A DNA stretch of 64,000 bases from Carcharhinus longimanus (lineage: Eukaryota). Numbering within the stretch: the first letter of the stretch is position 1; each line of letters begins with the position of its first letter. The notes under the pieces are model-generated. The model ran no database searches and was not told where the DNA came from. It saw only the letters and a program-made list of their open reading frames with translations. Made by a program: the position numbers and the translations under genes. The stretch is taken from assembly GCA_030264375.1 (NCBI GenBank), contig JASCQW010000043.1:82750494-82814493 (forward strand), written 5' to 3'. Shown here one piece after another: positions 38,015-52,391 of this stretch.

Positions 38015-38478
38015 GTATAACCATTTTTATGAGAAATATATAATTTGTATAAAACACAGTGTAAGGGACTCTAATAATTTTTTTGAAAGATAATCCAAAT
38101 GCAAGTGTACATAAATTTGTTACTAATTCCGACAATTCTTAATTGCAAACAAAACTCAGTTCTTCTGAATCCTCTGCTAGTACATTTGTTTCAGTAATAT
38201 CATATTCCCTATGGGTTATTAAAATGAGCCACGGCTGTAATGGTAAAATGCTAAAAGGTAACTAGGTTTTCCCACATGAAAGGAAAAAATACATTGGTAA
38301 GCTGTCAAAGGCCTAATGGTGGCTTGCTAGTGTCAGAAACTCGCAACCAAATTATCTGCCTGCTGTTTAACAGGAGAATGGTAGATGAATCGGATTTGGT
38401 AATGCAGTAATAAAAATAAATGGATACTTTTTACCCTTGCATGCTTGGATTAACGAATTTATTTTTTTCAAACATTAG

Positions 38479-38566
38479 GTATGAGTTAAATGAAAAGGTG
38501 TTGTCGGCTTGCAATATACTAAAAAACCAGCTCAATGATCCAAAGGCAATGGCAAGCAAAGAAGTG
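38479..38566 (+). CDS. KANK1: KANK1 exon 7 equivalent
   Basis: aacattag|GTATGAG ... GAAGTG|gtaagt. Encodes [29 protein letters not shown]. 88 nt. Confidence 0.96.
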
Positions 38567-38584
38567 GTAAGTTAAGTTAAACAT

Positions 38585-38770
38585 GAAAGTGCAGGTTGGA
38601 TGGATTGGCCGTGCTAAATTGCCCCGTAGTGTCTCGAGATGTGTAAGTTAGAGGGAGGTTAGTGAGGTAAATATGTGGAATTATAGAGATAGGGTCTGGG
38701 TGGAATACTCTGTCAGAGAGTGGGTGCAGACTCAATGATCCAAATGGCCTGTTTCTGTACTGTAGGGTTT
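38585..38770 (+). mobile_element. Partial V-SINE
   Basis: gtgcaggttggatggattggccgtgctaaattgcccc...tgtactgtaggg. Confidence 0.85.
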
Positions 38771-39715
38771 ATATGATATCAACATCTTTATAGGCTGATT
38801 CATAAATCTTTACAGAATGCAAATGTTTTGGAGCAAATATGCATCTAAATCTTTTATTGCCATTCCTTCTACAGTTTTGATAACAATGTAAGAAAATACA
38901 GTAAATGATTCCTGAAAATATTTCAACTATATTAATAAACTGGCAAAAGCTGCTTTCAAAAAAATCAGATTTGACTCCATGTCTGCACCCTTTCAGGGTG
39001 GCTTTTTCTAATAGAGACCAGCAGGCCAAGAGTGAATAACGAGAGTTTTGAATTGTCTGGCAATTTGGAGATCAAGAGCTGTTAGTGGAAATTCAATTCA
39101 AGAGATTAAATTGATGGGATAGATTGTATGTGGTCTGTGGAACAAATTAATGGATTGTAGTTTAGTTCAAACACAGTGGCTTATCCATTGCATCAGATTG
39201 TGACCAGTTAGCCTGCAAAACAAATGCACTTCTAGAACAGGTTCTCTTAATCGAATTTGACTTTTAATGAGTAATTAAGTGAATCTATCCATGTGAAAGC
39301 TGATGAAAGCTTTGGAGACCTCCATTTTCATTCATTTGTGAAATGTTTTTTTAATTGAACATGATGAGTTAAACAATTTAATTATTAATGCTTAGATTTT
39401 AATTGTATATTTAGGTATTTGTTGAATTGGAACAGGAGGTTATTTCATTTCAATAGTATGGTGATCAAAATGATTACACTTCACTCACTAGCTTCAAGTA
39501 CTTTTTACTCTTTTGCGATCTGTATGTAGCTGGAAAAGCCAAGCCAGCTCAACCTAATTGCCCTCAAGAAGGCAATAGTGAACTGCCTTCTTAAACTGGT
39601 GCAGTCTTTATGGTGCAAGTACACCCACAGTGCTGTTAGGGAGATTTCATTAAGAAGCTTCTACTGTGTTTGGCTCAGCAGCTTTTTATCCCAGTTAGAG
39701 TATTATATTTCCTAA

Positions 39716-40033
<318 letters not shown>

Positions 40034-40464
40034 TAACTTGTTCTCCCTTACTATAAGTATCGAGAAAGCTATGCTTATGGGAGAGGATGTCACATCTCTG
40101 CCCTTGGTCACACTGAACAAATTCTACAAATTAGCAAATTCTACTGCTTTGGCTCCACCATGGCAGACCATCTTGCTGTTGCTGCACTGCTGAGTATATG
40201 CATTAGGAAAGCAGCTGCTGCCTTTTCCCACTCAAAATGTCCATAGAGAAATATGAACCTGACTGTTGGGACCAATAATGAGGTCTGTATTCTCAGCACC
40301 TTGCTTGTACGGGTGACATGGATAACCAAGAAAGGAAGCTCAGCAACTTCCATCTTCATTGTTTGTGGTGCAGTCAGTCTGTCTCTTGGAAGGACAAAAT
40401 CATGAATGCGACGGTTCTCTTGAAGGAGAATTGTCCAAGTTTGCTGGCACTCCTCAAGCAGAGG

Positions 40465-40612
40465 TGAATTCTGAAAGGTTCCAAAGAGTTGTTGTACTGG
40501 ACTCAGAACTCATCTCTGTTTCTCTCTCCATAGATGTTGCCAGAGCTGCTGAGTTTTTCCTGCACTACTTTTATTTCAGATCTCCAGCATCTGCAGTATT
40601 TTGCTTTTATTA
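40465..40612. mobile_element. Penelope-like terminal fragment
   Basis: ctctccatagatgttgccagagctgctgagttttt...ccagcatctgcagtattttgcttt, the reverse complement of the 23645 terminus. Confidence 0.65.
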
Positions 40613-41179
40613 AAGAATAGGCGTATGTCGTCATGTCTGAGCCCAGATATCTTTTTAACTCGAGTCAAATGTAATTGGGGAAGGAAAAAAGGAAGGAAAA
40701 TTGACGTTTATGTTGATGCCATGTTTCTGATCTGATTATATAGTCTGAAGTTCATATACACCCCTGTTGGATTGTAAAGTTATTTTTGGCACAAATTATT
40801 GCACAGTTGTCTTAAAGGTGTTACGCAATCCTAATCTATTGAACTGCAGTTTTGCTGTTGATGCTTAACAGTGAGAATCTACCTGGATGGAACTGTTTCT
40901 CAATGCCAGTGTTATTGGTTATTTACTGTAAGTGGTTGATGAATCACAGCACTTTATTAGATTTGCCCTTGCTTTCATAAGCTTTTGCACTGTTCGGTAA
41001 AACGCCTAAGCAGTGTGATGCCCTCTGCAGTTACGATCGTGCACTTTCTTAACTAATCAGACTGAAAAATTGTTCATGAATAGTGCAGTTTGAAGCAGAA
41101 GGTGTGAGTTAGAATGGCGAATTCAATGCCTAATTAGATACAGAAAGCAGAGGGGGAAAGAGATTGGATTCTTAGATTT

Positions 41180-41610
41180 TAAAAAAGACAAACATTTAAA
41201 AAAAAAGTTTTTAAAAATCTCCAATAATTAAAAGTTATGGGAATGGAACTTCATATTTGAAGATGCTAATTTTCACTGCCCGTAAGGTTGTTTAGCAGCA
41301 GTTAAAGCCTTTTACCATGTTAATCAAAAGATACTTTGACTGACAGAGACATTCCCTCACTTTCCATAGTGAGTTTAGTTCACACCTACCATGCAAAAAC
41401 AGAAATTTCATGTTGTTCCATTAATTTGCACAAGGAGCCAGATGACAAGATGCCACTTTCATGAACTGTAAATAGAGCAGCACATCTCAGACAGAAACTT
41501 CCAGGTTTTTGTGTTCAATTGCACATCTCCCCTCACCTGAAATTGCTGTTTGATTAGCAAATATATAATGGCAAATACATTAGCTTCACCATTTTTTTTG
41601 ACTGTAAATT
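41180..41610. repeat. Old interspersed repeat, second copy at 61150-61430
   Basis: Both copies share caataattaaaa...gaatg...taattttca.tg.c...gttgtt..gc.g...ttaa. Confidence 0.55.
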
Positions 41611-41795
41611 GTGGCCCAATGCTTTTGAACTATTACATCTTCCAATTAAACAATGAGTCTTCATTTCTATTGAAAGTTAATCAAAATGTATCTTCCACTT
41701 TATTGGATAGTTAGCGTTGGAAAAATTATTTGGTTTAGCAAGGATTTTCTGAATTATTTTGATAGTATTTAAGACATGAGTTTTTTTTATTACAG

Positions 41796-41938
41796 ATGTG
41801 TGCAATGTTAATCAGCAGAACAAAGCTGGCTATACTCCCATCATGCTTGCTGCTCTTGCTGCAGTGGAAAATGAGAAAGACATGAAAATTGTGGATGAAC
41901 TGTTTAGTCAGGGAGATGTGAATGCCAAAGCCAGTCAG
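41796..41938 (+). CDS. KANK1: KANK1 exon 9 equivalent (ankyrin repeats)
   Basis: ttttattacag|ATGTG ... AGTCAG|gttcgt. Encodes [24 protein letters not shown]...GDVNAKASQ. 143 nt. Confidence 0.98.
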
Positions 41939-42539
41939 GTTCGTAGCAGTCTTTTTATATTGTGACAATTGTTTTCAGAATTCACCTTACAATTCTTAAT
42001 TTTTATCTTCCTGCTCAGTATGAAACCACTCTTAATATCTTGCCTCTTTTTTTTCCATTGTTGTACTTGAGCTTGTAAATTGTGATAGTCACTCACTTGT
42101 ATGCTCTTTACTCTTTTTAACATTTCTTTTTCCTGCACCTTATTTCTTCATCTCGTTTTCCCAAAATAAACTATGGTGTGTGCATCTTGTCCTTAAATAC
42201 TCCAAATTGGATTCTTAGATTTAGATTTAATATTTACCCCCCAAAAATAAGTTATTTTCTGGTTAGTAATGGTGAAAGTATCTAAGACTTGAGCATAATG
42301 TATCACTTTCTAAGTTGAGGAGACAACGTTTTATATTTTCCAATGAGTTGTTTTTGGTGACATTGCAATGTTTATCTCCCCTTTCCAAAACCAAAAAAAA
42401 ATCAAAGATGTCTATCTAAGACACTCAGACCTCCTTTGATACCTATTCCAGCTGTAGTTTTATCAGAAATCTGACTCCTGGTATCATCTTTCAGCTCTTG
42501 AATTCAGCTTCTGCCTTTAGATTTATTTTCGTTGTGCTT

Positions 42540-42886
42540 ATCATGGAATCCCTACAGTGCATAAGGAGGCCATTTGGCCAATCGAGTCTGCACTAATCCC
42601 CCCACAGAGCATCTTACCCAGATCCTCTTGTTTCGCCCTAACCCTATAGCCCACGTATTTACCCCACTAATACCCATACCTACATACCTTGAGATACTAA
42701 GGGGCAATTTTGCATGGCCAATCCACCTAACCTGCACATCATTGGACTGGGAAACCAGAGCATCTGGAGGAAACCCATGCTGGCACAGGGTGAAGTGCAA
42801 ACGTCACACAGTCACCCAAGGTGGAATTGAACCCAGGTCTCTGGTGCTGTGAGGCAGCAGTGATAAGAGCTCTGCCACCCTGTTGT
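42540..42886 (-). mobile_element. HE1-like V-SINE
   Basis: Diagnostic head, V-domain and tail on the reverse strand. Confidence 0.9.
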
Positions 42887-43369
42887 CCCTAAAATCCATA
42901 CCTATGGCACAAATGTTGCTGAGGACAGGATTTCCCCTCTGAATGGAGAGGCCTGTTTACTTGGCCAATCTGGGGTACGCTCACAATCTCTTACCTGCCT
43001 CAGCAGTGCTTATCTCTCTAGATGGGACTGCCAAGCCAACCCTTTGATTAGATCTGCATCAGGATCCCTGCCATTCTTAATTGGCTATCTTCTCTGTTGT
43101 GTACTCCACACATTGCTCCTTGCAAACACTTTTTAAGTTTGTATGGTTATCTGTCATTACTGATTTCCTAATCCTACATTGTTATATTTTCCCTGAACTT
43201 TCTTGTAAATGTTTTGTTATGTGCTAACTGAAAACTCAGCTTTCAAGATGTATTTGTTTAATTATTTCAGAAGAAAACATGATCAAACTCTTCCCATAAA
43301 CAAAAAATTACAGCAGCCCAAGATTTTGAGGAGGTCACCTTGGATTGGGCAGTATCTATGGTTGTTGAC

Positions 43370-43900
43370 TATATACGGACTTTTGAGCATTCAATAAGGT
43401 TCCGCATGAAGTTAATGGCAAAAAACATTTGGGAAGGAGGAAATGGCAATTAGAGATAAATGGGAAAGATCTTTGGCTGGATGTGACCAATCACATTCCC
43501 CAGAGACTGGTGCTTGAGTATTAGCTATTTATTACATATGCCAATGACTTGAATGAGAGGTAGAGTTGGAGTTCTGGTTTTGCAGATGGGTAAGAAGCAG
43601 AGGAATCTGAGTCACTAGTAACAGGAAGTGACAAAAGCATGCAGAAAAGAAATTGAGCGGACAAAATTGTGGCAGTTTAATACAGGGAAATGGGAGATCA
43701 TCAGGTTGGATCCAGAAAAGACACATTGAAATATCCATTAGGACCTATGGAAGAGTAAAGGGATTTGGATATTCAGCTGCAAAAATAATTAAAAGCTGAT
43801 ATCTAGATATAAAAACTAATCAGAAGGCTAATAGGATACAGGCCTTTCTCTGAAGGGAACTGGAATGCAAAGGATTGATGTACAGAATTTTGATCAGATC
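43370..43900 (+). mobile_element. Highly decayed CR1 RT fragment
   Basis: AFNKVPH and GLVL...YANDL/FAD remnants. Confidence 0.6.
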
Positions 43901-44269
43901 CCATCGGGCTTCTCTAGCCTCTACACAATTAGACAAGACTTGCTCTTGAACTTCACCTGTATACCATTTTCCTTCCCATTCTTTTGCTGTGTTAAGTTTC
44001 TGTGTTTTGTGTATGACAGGTCCAAATCCCTCTAAAGACTAACATTTTGAAAGTTTCTCACCATTAAAAACATTTCTCCTCCACACCAAAGTGAGCAACA
44101 TTCTATTGTGCTGGCATTATGCACCATTTGCCACATTCTTGCATACAGTCCCTTAATCACTTTATATTCATATCCTGACTCTTGTGTGGAATATATATTA
44201 GTTCTAGTAATATTTCAGGCAGGGGAGCCATTTCCCAATTCCAAACCCAGATGGGTCAGAGTTTTTTCT

Positions 44270-45000
44270 AGTTTATCATGCGCTGTGAGCATCACTGGCA
44301 GGTCAGCATTTGTTGTCCATCACTCATTGCCCTTAAGAAAGTCATGATAAGCTGCCACCTTGAACTGCTGCAGTCCATCTGGTGTAGGTGCACACACACC
44401 GGTTAGCAAGGGAACTCCAGGATTTTGATGGAGTAATAATGAAGGAGAGGCAAGTTAGTTTCAAGTCAGGAGATGGTGTGTCACTTGGAGAAAACTTGCA
44501 AGTGATGGTGTTCCCATGTGCCTGTTGCCTTTGTCCTCCTACGTGATAAAGGCCGCAGATTTGGAAGGTGCTGACGAAGAAAACTTGACTGCTGCATCTT
44601 GTATATGTTGATGCCACTCTGTGTCGTGGTGGAGGGAATGAATGTTGAGGCTGGTTACTCTGGATGCCAATCAAGTGGACTGCTGAATCCTAGCTGTATC
44701 AAGCTTCTCGAGTATGTTGGAGTCGCACTTGTTTGGACAAATGTTGGGTGTTCCATCACCCTCCAGACTTGTGCCTTGTAGATGGTGGACAGGCTTTGAG
44801 AAGTAAGAAGACTCATGCCAACTCTGTTTCTGACCTGATGTTGTAGTCGCAGTATCTATATGGCTGGTCCAGTACAGTTTCTAGTCACTGGTAATCCCCT
44901 GGATGATAGTGGGGGATTTAATGATTGTAATGTCAAGGAGAGATGGTTAGGTTCTCTCTTGTTGTAGATGGTCACGTATGGCCATGGGAAATTTTACACA
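44270..45000 (-). mobile_element. Non-LTR LINE 3' portion (partner of the 31388 SINE tail)
   Basis: Reverse tail gtgagcatcactggcaggtcagcattt...ttgccctt and RT C-terminal remnants (tgtgccttgtagatggtggacagg). Confidence 0.8.
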
Positions 45001-45439
45001 AACTGGTCAATTATGAGGCTGCTTCCAAGCTGCCGAACAAGTAAGAATGTTAGGCAGGTTTCCAAGACGTCAGTGCTGGACATCCCAGTCTACTCCAGAG
45101 GAAAATGGCCCCCATTGTGAGGCCAGTGTAATTGCATCTGGTGTTGGAATTGATGACAACGGGGAGCAACTGAAGCAGCAATTTGTGTTCTTGGAATGGC
45201 TGAAAAGTTTATTGCATACGGCCATCAGAGGCATCTGTTTCCACTGTTTAAAACTCAACTGCAACACTGCAATATGGCATCTCTTACCATTTGCTATCAC
45301 TAAGTATTTCTCAACTATTAGTCCCATTCATTTCTGCAGTCTTTTTTCTTTAGTAATTAATTGCTTTAAGTTTATTAATAGGTTGACAGGAGAGTTAATT
45401 GATGTTTAAAATGGTTTGCCAGAGCAAGTGCAAAGCAGC

Positions 45440-45760
45440 TATTTGCTCTGGTCAGAGAACCCACAATCAAGAGGCTTAGTCTTGAAATTAGAGATGTGCC
45501 TTTAGGAGTAAAATCAGGAAGTAGTTTCTCCTCGCAAAGGTGATGAATATCTAAATGATGTCCCCTCCCCACCAATCCTCTCAAAAGATTGCACAACTTG
45601 AGTTAATTGAGTTTTTTAACACTGGGATCAACAAATGTTTATTAGTTACGGGTATTAAAGGATGTGGATCATGGATGGGTAAATAAGAGTTGTGATATAG
45701 ATCAACCGTGATCCAATTGAATGGCAGAATAGACTAGAGCGAATGACTTGCATGTGTTCT
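45440..45760 (+). mobile_element. CR1 3' fragment
   Basis: aggaagtagtttctcctcgcaaagggtg and gatcaaccgtgatccaattgaatggc. Confidence 0.7.
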
Positions 45761-46139
45761 ATTCAAATTATACATGGTTTAGCCATGATTAGTAAAGTAA
45801 TGTTGTGTCTTATTCAGATACTTTGGAAATGTGTATTTTTGCTTTTATAATTCCTATATGGCATACACATTAAATGACACTCAATTTTCTGTGTTTCCTT
45901 ATGGTGAAATATTTAGCTCCTAGTAATTCCCAGGGGAGATGTGATACAAGATGAAAAGCACCAACGTTTTTTGATCTACCATGCAATGCTCAACATGTTG
46001 GAACTCAAGTGTGCTGTGACAATTCTCATTTTTTTGTATTTTTTATATATAGGTGATATAGACTATAGACTACTTCCTTTAATACATGATTGAGTCTGTT
46101 ATGTAAGCTGTAAATGTCATTGTGTATCTTCTGGTTTAG

Positions 46140-46352
<213 letters not shown>

Positions 46353-47057
46353 TAAGATATTTTATTGCAAGCTCTAAATGTTTGCCTTGTTCTAGTTGTT
46401 TATTCTGTATGTTGCATGTACCGTTATCCCCTCTGCAGGCAAATGTTTACTTAATTACAAAACATGATTGCACAGAGTAGTTTTAACCTGTGTCATGAGG
46501 TAAAGAGGATAGCCCATGAATCTGATGCATTATTTTGCAACCAGTCACTGATGTTTGAAGAATGCAATGAGTGAGTGTGGAACATCAGATTATGTTGTTA
46601 ACGGTGCTATTTGTGCTTGTAAAACAGTAAATATCAGCAATTTTGATATATTTTTAATTTCCTGCCTGTACAAAAATCACATTAATTTCTTCCCCAACAT
46701 TGAATCCACTTATACCTGCTGTAGTCAAAGGGCTTCAGTTATTTTGTGAATCAGTTCATTTGTAAATAATCAAATCCATCACAGTTGTGGAACACATCTT
46801 GTTAGTATCTTTCTGCAAAATATTTATGAAAAAGGAATCGGTGTTTGTGATGTATTGATATTGAATTCAGAAGGTTTAGAAGTAATCAGATTACTATTTT
46901 GTGCTAACAGGGTTTTGTTAAGAATTGGATCAGGATTAGTTGTGATACACTCCATATGAGGATAGTTTGGCAGTTACACAGTATACTGTCAAAGAAAACG
47001 GTCACTTGGATGAGATACTGGAAAACTTCCATCGCCCACTGCAAAGATTGCCAACCG

Positions 47058-49270
47058 TAGAATTGTTACAGTGCAGGAGGAGGCCATCAGCTCGGTGTGT
47101 CTTGCCCTGGCGCGCCAAACCAGCCTCATGACTTAATGCCATTCTCCTGCCCCTTCTCTCTACCGTCACACGTTGTTTCTGTTCCAGTAATCATCTAATG
47201 CCTGCTTGAATGCTCCGATTGAACCTGCCTCCACCACTATTCCAGGCAGCAGATTCCAGACCTGAACCACTTGTTGTATGGAAAAGGTTTTTCCCTCTTC
47301 ATGTTTGCTTCTTTTACAAATCACTTTAAATCTGTGCTCTCATTCTCAAACCGTTCACGAGCAGGAACAGTTTCTCCCTATCTACTGTCAAACTCCTCAT
47401 AATTTTGAACATCTCTATCAAATCTCTTCTTGGCCTTCTCTCCAAAGAGAACAATCCCAACCTCTCCAATCTATCCTCATAACTGAAGTTTCTCATCCCT
47501 GGAACCATTCTTGTAAACCTCTCCTATACTCTCGCCAATGCATTCACAATCCTTCCTATAACGTGACACCCAGAACTGTACACATTACTCCAGCTGACAT
47601 CTAACTAGTGTCTTGTATAGTCCAGTATAACCTCCCTGCTCCTTGTATTCTATGTTGATATTAATGAAATCTAGAATACTGTATGCTTTATTAGCTGCTC
47701 TCTTCACCTGTTCTGCCACCTTTAATAAGTGGTGTATCATGGTCCCCTGCTCCTGCACCCATTTAAGAGTTATACCCTTTATTTTATATTGTCTATCCAC
47801 ATTCTTCCCACCAAAATATATCAGCCCACATTTCTCTGCATTGAATTTTATTTGCCACATATCTGCCCACTCTGCCAACTTGTCTATGTTCTTTCAAAGT
47901 TCTACATTGTTCTGTCAGTTTACAATACNNNNNNNNNNNNNNNNNNNNNNNNNNNNNNNNNNNNNNNNNNNNNNNNNNNNNNNNNNNNNNNNNNNNNNNN
48001 NNNNNNNNNNNNNNNNNNNNNNNNNNNNATACTTCCAAGTGGTGTGTTATCTGCAAATTTTGAAATTGTCCCCTACACACCAAAATCTAGATCATTTAAT
48101 ATACATCAGGAAAATCAAAGATCCCTCAAGCAGCCCTTGGGGAACCCCACTGCAAACCTTCCTCCAGCCCAAAAAATATCCATTAACCATTACTCACTGC
48201 TTCCTATGATTCAGCCAGTTTTTGTATCCACTTTACTATTGTCTCTTTCATTCCATGAGCTATAACCTTTCTCACAAGTCTGTTGTGTGGCACTGAATTG
48301 AATGCCTTTTGAAATCCAAGTACACCATATCAATAGCATTACTGTCAACAAGTCTTTCTGTGCCCTTTTCAAAAAAAGAAAACTCCAAGTTAATTAAACA
48401 TGATTTCCCTTTCAAAAGTCCAACTGGCTCTTCCCGATCAACCCACATTTTTCCATGTGACTACTAATTCTGTCCTGAATGATCACTTCTGGAAGCTTGT
48501 CCATCAAAAAGTTAAACTGACTGGTTTGTAATTGCTGGGCTTATCCTTGCAGTGTCTTTTGAACAGGGGTGTAATGTCTGCAATTCTCCATTTCTACAGC
48601 ACTTCCCCTGAATCCGGGGAAGACTGTTTCCACCCTCACTTCCTTCCATATCCCTGGATTCACCTTAGCCCGCCCTGTTGCCTTGTCAGCTTTACTAACA
48701 ATCTAACACTTGTTTCTTATCAATCTTGAATTTTTTTAGTGATTTTTCTCTAAGTCACCATGACCTGAATCACATGTAGCTCCTTGGTCAAGACAGATGC
48801 GAAGTATTAGAATCATTAGAACCCTACAGTGCAGAAAGAGGCCCTTCGGCCCACTGAGTCTGCACTGAACACAACCACACCCAGGCCCTACCTCCATACA
48901 GTTTACCCACCAGTCCCTCTAACCTACTCATCCCAGGACATGGCTGAGGTATTAATTTAATACCTCAGCCATGCTCCCTGCCTTCATGTGAAAATCCCCG
49001 TTTAGGTCCACTCCTCCTTTTACAACCCTTTCACTATTTATGCCGATAGAAAACTTTGGAATTCCTCATTATGTTGGTTGCCAATCTTTTCTTATAACCC
49101 CCCTTGCTTCTCTAATGTGCTTTGTCATCTCTGAACCTTCTGAATTCCTTTTGGTTCTCAATTGTGTTTTCTACCTCATACCTTTCATAAGGTCACTTTT
49201 TCTTTTTCTATCTTCTTTTTCATCCTGGGATCTCTGGATTGGTTTCCCCTATCTTTTCCTTCTTGAAGAA
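47058..49270 (-). mobile_element. CR1 LINE (RT to 3' end), spanning a gap, with a truncated SINE at 48810-48938
   Basis: Minus-strand MVPGMRNFSYEDRLERLGLFSLERR and WADMWQIKFNAEKC. Confidence 0.93.
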
Positions 49271-51051
49271 GGTTGAGGGGAGAAATATGGGAGTAATAGT
49301 AAATGACAACAGCATGAATAGGATAATACATTCCGAAAACCACCAGCAAAAACTGCAGCAATTTTCTCTTTTTCACCTCCAAAAAAAAATTCTTCGCTGA
49401 CTTGAAAAATATAATTGATATTGGATATTGGCAAATTTACAGTGCTTGATGGAAATGCTCAGAAACCTAATGATGATCAATGTTCTAGAGTGCTCTCAGC
49501 TTTTTTTAAGGGTCTGTATCTCTTATACTCAACATTGCATGTTTGTTCTTGAGCTTGCCAGAGTGAACATTCCAGGAGTATCACAGTATAGCTTGAAGAC
49601 TCAAGCTAACCTAAAGCCCAATGTCAAAGCTGAGAAGCCTGTTAATGTGTGGAAATTTCCATGGGGGAATGGGAGTGAGGAAGAGGAGAAAGAAGGAGAA
49701 TGAAACACCTTGCCAACAAAAAAAAGGAAACATTATTTCCTGAAATTAGCAAAATATAATATTATAACAATCATATTATTCACAAAATATTCATGAATGA
49801 GGAAGGAAGACCAGGTGGTTTTAAATGATCAGCATTTTCTCCATTGCTGCATCCAATTATTTCTTAAATGATTTTTACCTTTTCCAAGAGGCCCTTTCCA
49901 AATACTGATGCACTGTAAGAACCACCTCTGGAAAATTTGTATTTTATTAGTTTGAAATTTGTGTCCGTTTGTCCTATTCTCATTGTTTATTTTACAATAG
50001 TACTCTGGGATAACTTTTTTCCCTCATATACAAACTTGTATCTCATCTCTGAGGTTTCTGGTTGAAAGATTAAAAGTACCACAGTGATTATATTTTTTTA
50101 AATTAAGAAACGCTGCAATAAAGGATTCATGCTTCAAACACACCAGTTATTTGTATGAAGATCTAATCTTGTAAAACTGATATCTGAATGAGATGCGTTC
50201 TGAGAAGGTGGCAAGTTTCTGTGTCTCCGCTTTCGGCCTGTCCAAACTCAAACTTAATTTTCTAATGAGGGATCACGTCACCGAGCTTTTCTTATCATAT
50301 TCAGGTGCCAATCATTTCTTTAAATATTTGAGATTAGTAAGAAAAGAATGGTTTACTTTTTTTGCTATTCTAGCATGTGGATTTGCACTATTCTGAGGCA
50401 GCTACTTAGAACTTGTGGAATTTTAACAAATATGAATAAATATGTCATGTGGCTACTCTAATTGATGGATTTTAGCTGAAATCACAACTTTTATATTCAC
50501 CTGGTGGTGACGTAATTCCTGACCATGCCTAGGTTACACAACTCATGCCCCATTTCTATCGTATGTAGCTTTCAAGTAATTTGGATATTTTATACAATCA
50601 GTTGTGGGAGATCTACTTTCATTATATAAATGCAAGAATATTTTAGTCATGTAAATTGCTGTTGTCGGCCAGACAGTTTGGAAATTTTAAAGTGACTGTG
50701 GTTCTCAAATGTTTGGGCCATTTGCCATCTGTTAACAATAGCAGGAAGCGCCTGGTTTGGATATACAGCCAACTGCTGCTCAAAATGATCAAACACTGAA
50801 GTTTGTAAATAGTTAGAAGATTTGGGCAATATGGGGATATTAAATACTACCCTTGCACTAAAAAAAAATTCCTGGTCTGTACCCTCTTAATAGATTTACC
50901 AATATTTCCATGTACTTGGTTTTTTTTACTGTTCTTTGTGATGTAAAAAAAACTTTTTTAATGTAACAATTGTCGAGCACTGCTTTCCAAACAAATTTCA
51001 TGCTGATTTTCAAATATACACACAAGGGTATGGCCATTCTGGATTCATTAA

Positions 51052-51210
<159 letters not shown>

Positions 51211-51777
51211 TGATTTCATTAGTGCTCGAGTGATCTTTGGATGCATATCCTGAATTAAAAAAGATGCCTGGCTTCACTGTTATCTCACAATGAAAAGCAT
51301 GAATGTTTACGCCCCCTTATTGCAACCAACAAATTTAGTTAAACATTTTCCTTCTCTCTCTGATCTCCACAACAGACATCAGCTATATTTGAAGGCATTG
51401 GTACGTAATGCTCAGTCTAACCACCTGCTTGTTATTCCATCTGAGCTTTGTGTTATCTATGAATGGATATTGATGCAGTAATCCTCCATCTGTGGAATAC
51501 TGGGCCTAACTCTGTGCCACAATTAATTAGCATTTCAGCATCTTGCCCCACTGCACAACTCCATTGATTATTTCAATGCAGATAATTCTAGCCAGCCCAA
51601 TGCATTTTTACAGAGTAGATTCTGCATCTAATACTGTATTCAGCGGCAAACATCTTGGAACAAAATGGGGGTAAAAATTGAATACTTTATTAACTTGGAG
51701 GTTGAAATTGAATTTATAAGTATTTTTAAACATTTCCAAAATTGATTAGAACTTTTGTGTACAGGGATGCCTATATT

Positions 51778-52190
51778 TGAAATAAAAACTGAAAATGTTG
51801 GAAAAACTCAAGTTAACTTGAAATTTTAATAGTTTGGCTCTCCACAGATGCTATCAGGCCTGCTGAGTATTTGGATCTGGTGCTATGTAATGAGGCGGGT
51901 AGAATTAGGGACCTTGCGGTGAAGGATCCTCTTGGGGAGAGTGATCANNNNNNNNNNNNNNNNNNNNNNNNNNNNNNNNNNNNNNNNNNNNNNNNNNNNN
52001 NNNNNNNNNNNNNNNNNNNNNNNNNNNNNNNNNNNNNNNNNNNNNNNATCAGCCATGATCTTATTGAATGGCGGGGCAGGCTCGAAGGGCCAGATGGCCT
52101 ATTCCTGCTCCTATTTCTTATGTTATGTTCTTATGTTCCAGTATTTTCAGTTTTTATTTCAGATTTCCAGCATCTGCAGTATTTTGCTTT
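51778..52190. mobile_element. Penelope-like terminal element interrupted by a young CR1 (51871-52136, mostly in a gap)
   Basis: The cctgctgagtatt|...|ttccagtattttcagtttttatttcag halves flank a CR1 endonuclease start (LDLVLCNEAG..DPLGESDH) and a CR1 tail. Confidence 0.75.
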
Positions 52191-52328
52191 AATGCTTATA
52201 TTTGATATTGTTATCAAACTACAGTTAATTTAATCCTTGACTATGCATTACACAATTGTTCGATTCATCTCTTTAATTGAAAGCACAATGTCGTTTTCAA
52301 TGTCTTAAACTTGTATTTGTCTCTTCAG

Positions 52329-52391
52329 GGCACGCCCAGGTTAGGAAGAAAGACTTCTCCAAGTCCAACCAGGCGAAGCAAGTTTGATTGA
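52329..52391 (+). CDS. KANK1: KANK1 terminal coding exon
   Basis: tctcttcag|GGCACG encodes [20 protein letters not shown], a KANK1-type C-terminus (human [20 protein letters not shown]). Confidence 0.97.
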   Translation, partial: [20 protein letters not shown]

